Shown here: positions 58,448 to 64,000 of the stretch, one piece after another
Layout of the letters: each line of letters opens with the position of its first letter
Numbering within the stretch: position 1 is the first letter of the stretch
Source: a bacterium
GTDB lineage: Bacteria; AUK180
Direction: 5' to 3'
Assembly (NCBI GenBank): GCA_023133295.1
Contig: JAGLWT010000014.1
Coordinates: forward strand, 1,259-65,258
Length of the DNA: 64,000 bases
Notes under the pieces: model-generated
Databases searched by the model: none
Seen by the model: the letters and a program-made list of their open reading frames with translations, nothing else
Told to the model about the DNA's origin: nothing
Program-made: the position numbers and the translations under genes

Positions 58448-58700
58448 AAAGGATAATTGCCAATTTATCGGCGCTTGTCCCATTGAGCATACACTGAATT
58501 GCGAAAATCCTGTGATATGCCCTCGCTGCGCTTCTCCTATGGGCCTTTTTAATTGTTTCATCCCAAAGGAAGAGATGCATTTCAATCATCATACCGAGGC
58601 ATGCAGTGAATGGGTATGTGTTTGCGGATATTCCGGATTTAGAGGGGTTATCACGGGGAAACTTTACCCATATAAGAAAATAGTAATTGAAAAAGGTTAA
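58431..58700 (+). CDS. Possible small Cys-rich (zinc-ribbon-like) protein
   Basis: An alternative-frame ORF overlapping the end of the acidic ORF. CPxxC, CPRC and CxC motifs. It may be spurious. Confidence 0.2.
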   Translation: MKKRSKKDNCQFIGACPIEHTLNCENPVICPRCASPMGLFNCFIPKEEMHFNHHTEACSEWVCVCGYSGFRGVITGKLYPYKKIVIEKG

Positions 58701-59847
58701 GGGATTTTTCCCGCTCTTCTTTTTCTACATCTTTCTTTTTGGTGTGGCGGACTCTCTCAGGGGTATAATTATTCCTGAAACGATCGCCGAATACGGGATC
58801 AATTACACTCTGTCCTCATTGATATTTACTCTTTCGGGCTTGGGATACCTTCTGGGCAATCTCTTCTCGGGTCTTCTTTTTCACCGATTCGGAGAACGGC
58901 GTATCGTTGTATTTTCTTTGTTTTTTACATCGGCGGCGGTATTATGCGTCTTTTTAACAAAAGAATTCTATTTTCTTATAATCGCTCTCTTCTTTTACGG
59001 TTATTTCGCCTCTACAGTATTCGCGGCGACCAATCAATTGGTGCATGAAATTTCAACAAATAAGGCGTCCGCCTTGAATTTTCTGCATCTCTTCTATGCT
59101 TTCGGCGCGATGGCTGCACCGCAGTACTCATTATTGATAATGGGCAGATATGAAGGATACCGCCCTTTGTTTTTGCTGCCCGCTTTGGCATTCCTCCTGC
59201 TCATTCCTTTCTATTCGGCCGCCTTCAGACATGCGTCGGCCGTTCCCGATGACAATTCACGCATGGCGGGAAGAGCCGGTATCGCTTCGCTTCTGATATT
59301 CTATGTTGCTGCGTTCTTCTATGTGGGGACGGAGATCGGCATATCCGGCTGGGTATATAATTATGCCCTGAAGGGTTTGAAACTCGGGGAAGCTTCCGCT
59401 GGCCTGCTTCTCACATTATTCTTTCTTTCTCTGCTATTAGGCCGCCTCACCGCGGGAATTATTTCAAAGAAAGTGAGGCCCGGAGTATGCATGATAGCTG
59501 GTCATATTCTGGGGACATCGGTATTTATCTGGGGGCTTTTTATCGGCCCCGTATATCTCATTCCGATCTCTGCTTTCTTTTACGGAGGCGTATATCCCAC
59601 CCTGATCTCGATGTATAACGGACTTCTGGGAAAAAGCAGAAAACCCGTCGGGATAATTTTCGCAGCAGGTGCCGCCGGCTCCATGACCCTGATCCCCGTT
59701 ATCGGATATATCAATGACAGGGCGGATCTCTTTTACGGGATGATGATAAACGGTATTATTTCGATAATATGTCTCGTATTTTTGCTCTTATCAGCACAAA
59801 TTTATTCTCATTACTTGAATAAACAAGTAAAAATGAATAAAATGTAA
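58687..59847 (+). CDS. MFS transporter
   Basis: 12 predicted TM helices with MFS-like periodicity. Confidence 0.7.
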   Translation: MKKVKGFFPLFFFYIFLFGVADSLRGIIIPETIAEYGINYTLSSLIFTLSGLGYLLGNLFSGLLFHRFGERRIVVFSLFFTSAAVLCVFLTKEFYFLIIALFFYGYFASTVFAATNQLVHEISTNKASALNFLHLFYAFGAMAAPQYSLLIMGRYEGYRPLFLLPALAFLLLIPFYSAAFRHASAVPDDNSRMAGRAGIASLLIFYVAAFFYVGTEIGISGWVYNYALKGLKLGEASAGLLLTLFFLSLLLGRLTAGIISKKVRPGVCMIAGHILGTSVFIWGLFIGPVYLIPISAFFYGGVYPTLISMYNGLLGKSRKPVGIIFAAGAAGSMTLIPVIGYINDRADLFYGMMINGIISIICLVFLLLSAQIYSHYLNKQVKMNKM

Positions 59848-59860
59848 GACAGAGGTACAG

Positions 59861-61309
59861 ATGAAAAAGCATTTGATCATCATATTGGCTTTATTCTCGG
59901 TATTGGGCTTTTGTGCCCGTCCCGCGAGATATATAATAAAAGGAGATCCCTCCGCGGTTTCTTCCTTTATAAAGGGTGAATCGGCGTTCTTCATTAAGAA
60001 GGTAGATACCTTTTCCATAATCATAATGCCTGAGACCAGACGAGCGGAAGACCTGCGCGATCTCGCGATAGAGAAATACGGCCTGGACCTCTTCGAAAAG
60101 GATCATTTGAAGAAGATAAATTTCATTCCCAATGATACATTATATGCTGATTATCAGTGGAATATGGAACGCATCGGCTTTGAGGATTACTCCGATATCA
60201 GCATCGGTTCCCCTTCGGTGATAGTAGCCGTTGTGGATACCGGAATAGATCTTGACCATCCCGATCTTGCCGCCAATCTGGTCACGGGGCGTAACTTAAT
60301 TCTCGCGGATTCAGGGGGAAACCCATACAGCCCGACAAATCCTGACGATGATCATGGGCACGGTACACATTGCGCCGGAACAGTAGGCGCTATCGCGAAT
60401 AATAATCTCGGCGTTGTGGGTGTAGCCCCCGGTGTCAGCATCATGCCGATCAAAGTCCTTGCCGACGATGGATACGGCTATGATTCAGATATCGCGGAAG
60501 GCGTTCGCTGGGCCGCCGATAACGGTGCGGATGTTCTGTCGATGAGTATAGGCGGAGGAACCGGAACAACAATACTTGCGGAGGCGGTCGATTATGCCTA
60601 CGGCAATGGATGTGTCGTCATCGCCGCCACCGGCAATGAAGGAAAATCATCAATAGACTATCCCTCTTTATATACGAATGTTATTGCGGTAGGTGCGTCG
60701 GATTACTCCGACGGCAGATCGAGTTATTCAAATTATGGAGAAGGCATGGATATTGTAGCTCCCGGAGGCGACCCTGTGGACGGTCCCGCCGATTGGAACA
60801 ATTGGATAGCTTCAACATATAATAATGGTGATTATGCTTGGTCTTCCGGTACATCGATGGCATGCCCGCATGTTGCGGGTGCTGCCGCTCTGCTTGTTTC
60901 ATTGGGCTTCACAAACCCTGACCAGGTAAAGTTACTCTTGACCTCTACTGCGGTTGATTCCGGTGACCCGGGTTATGACCTTGAAACCGGACATGGCCGC
61001 CTTGATGTTTTCAATGCACTCAATGTTGCGGTCCTGGAGACAGACCCCGGCGTGAAGGTCGCTTATTGCTTTCCCAACCCATTTTCAGGGCTGGTCAATG
61101 TGGTCTATAAGCCTGAGAAGTCGGGTTTGGTCTCATTTACGGTCTTCTCCGAATTCATGGACAAGTTGTATTCCGATGAGAGAGAGGGTACGGCGGGTAC
61201 GAATGTGATCTTTTCATGGGATTCCGTTGATGAGGTCAACGGTGTATTCTTCTTGCATATAAACGGCCCGGACGGAAAGAAAACGGTAAGGGGGCTGAGA
61301 ATAAGATGA
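59861..61309 (+). CDS. Subtilisin-like S8 serine protease with a C-terminal T9SS sorting domain
   Basis: Catalytic triad motifs DTGIDLDHPDL, HGTHCAGTVGA and GTSMACPHVAGAAALL. The C-terminal ~80 aa begin with CFPNPFSG, the PNPF motif of Por-secretion CTDs. Confidence 0.75.
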   Translation: MKKHLIIILALFSVLGFCARPARYIIKGDPSAVSSFIKGESAFFIKKVDTFSIIIMPETRRAEDLRDLAIEKYGLDLFEKDHLKKINFIPNDTLYADYQWNMERIGFEDYSDISIGSPSVIVAVVDTGIDLDHPDLAANLVTGRNLILADSGGNPYSPTNPDDDHGHGTHCAGTVGAIANNNLGVVGVAPGVSIMPIKVLADDGYGYDSDIAEGVRWAADNGADVLSMSIGGGTGTTILAEAVDYAYGNGCVVIAATGNEGKSSIDYPSLYTNVIAVGASDYSDGRSSYSNYGEGMDIVAPGGDPVDGPADWNNWIASTYNNGDYAWSSGTSMACPHVAGAAALLVSLGFTNPDQVKLLLTSTAVDSGDPGYDLETGHGRLDVFNALNVAVLETDPGVKVAYCFPNPFSGLVNVVYKPEKSGLVSFTVFSEFMDKLYSDEREGTAGTNVIFSWDSVDEVNGVFFLHINGPDGKKTVRGLRIR

Positions 61310-62172
61310 GAGCTTTCAAGATATACACACTTATTATTTTTCTGACACTTGCGGTCTCTGCATATTCTTATACGGTGGATTGGACCAATGTCCCTACAAG
61401 CGCTTCGCAGGCGGGCAGCGGCGGCGCGTTCGCGCTCTCCAAGGAGCTAGGCAATGCGGGTTATAATCCTTCGGTACTTCCCATGATCCCAGGCAATGGA
61501 GTTACCTTTTCCGGAGGCATGCTCTCATTCGGCAGAAGTCTTATGGAGCTTTCCGGGGCATTCAAGATTGAAAAGGGAATATCTCCTTTTATTTCCCTGC
61601 GTTATTCTTCTGTGGGCGGATTCGAAGAAGCCCTGCAGGACGGCAGCAAGACAGGGGACGCCTTCTCGATCTCGCGATTTCTGTTTTCCGGCGGTTTCGC
61701 CTATCGATTCGGCCGTGCCCCGGTAACTGCCTCTTTTACTTTTAAGTATTTTCTTGAGGACCTCTACCAGGTCACGAGCTCAGGATACGGTATCAAGCTC
61801 AATCTTAGCGTGTTCGTCGGTAAGTTCAGCATAGGCATTGGCGCTGATGATCTTGTACAGGTTATTACTTATGATAGCGGCCGTGAAGAGGAAACCAAGC
61901 CGGTATTCACTGTCTGTTCGGCATATGCCGTCTCAGACGCGCTTCAGCTCTCGGGGGTTTTCATATTCGATATATCCCTGAAATTGAGCTTTCGAGCCGG
62001 CGCGAGGTATAGAGTGAATGAGAAATTCAGGCTCTCTGTCGGAACAAATAATTTTAATATTTCAACAGGATTTCAATATAAAGTAAAGGATATAATTCTG
62101 GATTATTCTCTGCAGATAGAAAGGGCATTTTCCGGGATCAATAATTTTATTGGGATCTCATACGATTTTTAG
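61306..62172 (+). CDS. Outer-membrane beta-barrel protein, candidate PorP/SprF-family T9SS membrane protein
   Basis: Signal peptide, ~288 aa, beta-strand periodicity and a terminal aromatic residue (…ISYDF). Overlapping start with the upstream T9SS cargo gene, which is the arrangement typical of PorP/SprF. Confidence 0.4.
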   Translation: MRAFKIYTLIIFLTLAVSAYSYTVDWTNVPTSASQAGSGGAFALSKELGNAGYNPSVLPMIPGNGVTFSGGMLSFGRSLMELSGAFKIEKGISPFISLRYSSVGGFEEALQDGSKTGDAFSISRFLFSGGFAYRFGRAPVTASFTFKYFLEDLYQVTSSGYGIKLNLSVFVGKFSIGIGADDLVQVITYDSGREEETKPVFTVCSAYAVSDALQLSGVFIFDISLKLSFRAGARYRVNEKFRLSVGTNNFNISTGFQYKVKDIILDYSLQIERAFSGINNFIGISYDF

Positions 62173-62181
62173 GAGGCATTT

Positions 62182-62631
62182 ATGTTGTTTGAGGAAAAGG
62201 AATTCAATATCTTTACCGATTTCAATGAAGAGGAAAAGCAATTATTCTTAGCGATCTGCAGCCCAGAATCATGCAGTGCGGGCGAAATTATTTTAGAGGA
62301 AGGTCAGATGACCAGAAGCCTATATATTATTGATGAAGGTGAGGTTACCATAGGATTGGAGATAGAGGGGCAGACGATAGTACTGGCTGAGATGAAGAAT
62401 AATGACTTCTTTGGTGAGATGAGTTTTCTGGACGGAAAACTTCATTCAGCGACCGTTAAGGCGACCAAGGACACAACATTTTTTATTGTCAGGAAATTCT
62501 CTTTTGACATCTTCGCCAAGAAGAACCCCGAAATATCAAAGAAATTATACGAAAATATTATTAAGACCCTTCTCTGCAGATTAAGAAATACAAATACGAT
62601 CATCAAGGAACTCAAAGAGGATAAGAGTTGA
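62182..62631 (+). CDS. Cyclic-nucleotide-binding domain protein
   Basis: cNMP-binding beta-roll motifs (…FGEMSFLDGKLHSATVKA…). Confidence 0.65.
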   Translation: MLFEEKEFNIFTDFNEEEKQLFLAICSPESCSAGEIILEEGQMTRSLYIIDEGEVTIGLEIEGQTIVLAEMKNNDFFGEMSFLDGKLHSATVKATKDTTFFIVRKFSFDIFAKKNPEISKKLYENIIKTLLCRLRNTNTIIKELKEDKS

Positions 62632-63146
62632 AGCTCTTCAAATTGAACGGGCAGGAGCCCGTGATAGGCAAAGATGTTTTCATAGCTTCCGGAGCCCGCC
62701 TGATCGGCCAGGTCACTTTGGAAGATAATGTCAATATCTGGTACAATGCCGTTTTAAGAGGGGATATCAACAGTATATCCATTGGGAAGAATTCCAATAT
62801 TCAGGATAATGTCACATGCCATGTTGATTTCCCGCCGGATGCCCTTGTTATCGGTGCGGATGTTACCGTGGGGCATAATGTGGTACTTCACGGATGCGTC
62901 ATAGGAGATAATTCTCTCATCGGCATGGGAGCGACCGTGCTTTCAGGTGCGAAAATAGGCAAAAATTGTGTTGTCGGCGCCAATGCATTGGTTCTCGAAA
63001 ATCAGGTGATACCCGACAATTCCCTTGCTGTCGGCATGCCGGCGAAGGTCATAAGAGAATTGTCCGATGAGGAGATCGCGAAATTAAGATCCTCGGCAAA
63101 ACATTATGTTGAAACCGCCCGGGAATATATCAATGAGGGATATTGA
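62628..63146 (+). CDS. Gamma-class carbonic anhydrase family / hexapeptide-repeat protein
   Basis: Left-handed beta-helix hexapeptide repeats with conserved His residues (CHVD…, VLHGC). Confidence 0.7.
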   Translation: MKLFKLNGQEPVIGKDVFIASGARLIGQVTLEDNVNIWYNAVLRGDINSISIGKNSNIQDNVTCHVDFPPDALVIGADVTVGHNVVLHGCVIGDNSLIGMGATVLSGAKIGKNCVVGANALVLENQVIPDNSLAVGMPAKVIRELSDEEIAKLRSSAKHYVETAREYINEGY

Positions 63147-63202
63147 AATAAAACCCCTTCCTTTCAAGTAGAATTAGACAGAATCATTTTACAGGAGGTA
63201 TT

Positions 63203-64000
63203 ATGAGCGAAAAAAGAGATTCAGGGCCGATCATACTCGGTATAACTTTGTTGTTTTTCCTTTTGATCTGCGTGGTCATTTCCGTATCGTTCGCGAGCTT
63301 GGGAAGCAGCGCGTCAAAGCAGTCCTCAAAATTCACAGGTCAGCTTTATTCAAAAGGCAATATCGGCTTTGTTGAGATCGAAGGTATCATTACGGATTCA
63401 AAGCTCAAGGTCAAGAGCATAATGAAATTCACCGAAGATGAAGAGATCAAGGGATTGCTCCTTTATGTAAACAGCCCCGGCGGATCCATCGGGCCTACCG
63501 AAGAGATCTACAGAGCAGTGATGCATGCTAAGAACAAAGGAAAAAAGATCTATGTCGTGATGGGATCGTTATGCGCCTCGGGCGGTTATTATATCGCCGC
63601 TGCCGCGGATCATATCATCACCGCTGAGAGCACCCTTACCGGTTCTATCGGCGTCATCATGCAGATGATCAATATGACCGATGTCTACAAATTCTTAAAG
63701 ATGGATGTTCTTACATTCAAAAGCGGCAAGTATAAAGATATAGGCAACCCCTCCCGCCCCATGAAGGAATTTGAAAAGGCATACATTCAGCAGCTTGTCG
63801 ATGATTCCTATTCTATTTTCCTGAATGCCGTGATCAAAGGCAGAAAGGAAGCCGTTGCCAAGAAATTCCCCGAATTGGACAGTGATGAGAAGGTCGCGAA
63901 ATATATCACAAAGTATGCTGACGGCAGGATCATATTAGGGATCAATGCCGTGAAGTTCGGACTCGCGGATCAGATCGGAGATACCGTTGACGCATTGGAG
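63203..64000 (+). CDS. sppA: Signal peptide peptidase SppA (S49), 5' partial; continues beyond the window
   Basis: AGGAGG ribosome-binding site. N-terminal TM helix and the S49 motifs …VNSPGGSIG… and GSLCASGGYYIAAAAD…. Confidence 0.7.
   Translation, partial: MSEKRDSGPIILGITLLFFLLICVVISVSFASLGSSASKQSSKFTGQLYSKGNIGFVEIEGIITDSKLKVKSIMKFTEDEEIKGLLLYVNSPGGSIGPTEEIYRAVMHAKNKGKKIYVVMGSLCASGGYYIAAAADHIITAESTLTGSIGVIMQMINMTDVYKFLKMDVLTFKSGKYKDIGNPSRPMKEFEKAYIQQLVDDSYSIFLNAVIKGRKEAVAKKFPELDSDEKVAKYITKYADGRIILGINAVKFGLADQIGDTVDALE

Noticed and set aside
1-64000. CRISPR arrays, rRNA, tRNA, reverse transcriptase/DGR, integrated prophage
   Set aside because: No regularly spaced identical repeats with unique spacers, and no rRNA-like conserved blocks. 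No RT or phage structural proteins among the ORFs. The only recombinase is a chromosomal XerC/D-type enzyme without flanking att-like repeats or cargo.

Overview
This window is a 64-kb bacterial chromosomal segment with no rRNA, tRNA or CRISPR array that I can recognise. It is densely coding and uses canonical sigma70-type promoters (TTGAAA-17-TATAAT) and AGGAGG-type ribosome-binding sites. The source is probably an uncultivated FCB-superphylum-like bacterium. Evidence for this: a type IX secretion (T9SS) C-terminal sorting domain (PNPF motif) on a subtilisin with a PorP/SprF-like outer-membrane gene directly downstream; PEGA domains; GH57; split gcvPA/gcvPB.

Gene content, in order:
- 1-6.6 kb: priA 3' end, bioY, a LysM lipoprotein, then an exopolysaccharide module of a Wza-like exporter, an LPG-synthase-TM/flippase-like protein, a Wzc-like BY tyrosine kinase and an orphan ThiS/MoaD-like Gly-Gly protein.
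- 6.6-13 kb: nitroreductase, an alanine racemase carrying an unexplained ~240-aa C-terminal domain, DUF3467, rsmE, pepF.
- 13-25.4 kb (all minus strand): LD-carboxypeptidase, XerD-like recombinase, a Hanks kinase fused to a receiver domain, a short WecA-like GT4, UXS, Ugd, a WbaP-like sugar transferase, a Hanks kinase with PEGA domains, and a PP2C phosphatase. Together with the first module this forms a polysaccharide locus regulated by three kinases.
- 25.4-32.8 kb: OmpA-family protein, a TSP3-repeat lipoprotein, gcvPB-gcvPA-gcvH-gcvT.
- 32.8-47.7 kb, accessory-looking: a Spy/CpxP-like protein and a PspC-domain protein, a CBM9-like/DUF5916-like secreted protein, a TM-anchored class III nucleotidyl cyclase, a CPBP/Abi intramembrane protease, a 1396-aa cyclase-cyclase-STAND ATPase-TPR protein, an IS110-family transposase remnant and a putative AbiEi/AbiEii-like pair.
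- 47.7-64 kb: GH57, thiE (with an N-terminal extension), thiC, an orphan xanthine-dehydrogenase-family Mo subunit, gatCAB, an MFS transporter, the T9SS-cargo S8 protease plus PorP/SprF-like OMP, a cNMP-binding protein, a gamma-carbonic anhydrase and the sppA 5' end.

The most unusual non-coding signal is a dispersed family of composite intergenic repeats. These are tandem 7-8-bp units (GCACAAGT, GAAGTGT, AGTGAAC, GAATGAA, TTACACG), a perfectly conserved 28-bp hairpin motif present twice, and a 39-bp perfect direct repeat flanking the pspC-like gene. The family occupies at least nine intergenic sites. It is concentrated between about 32.9 and 47.7 kb, with outliers near 13.0 kb, and the 5' ends of several ORFs are carved out of it.
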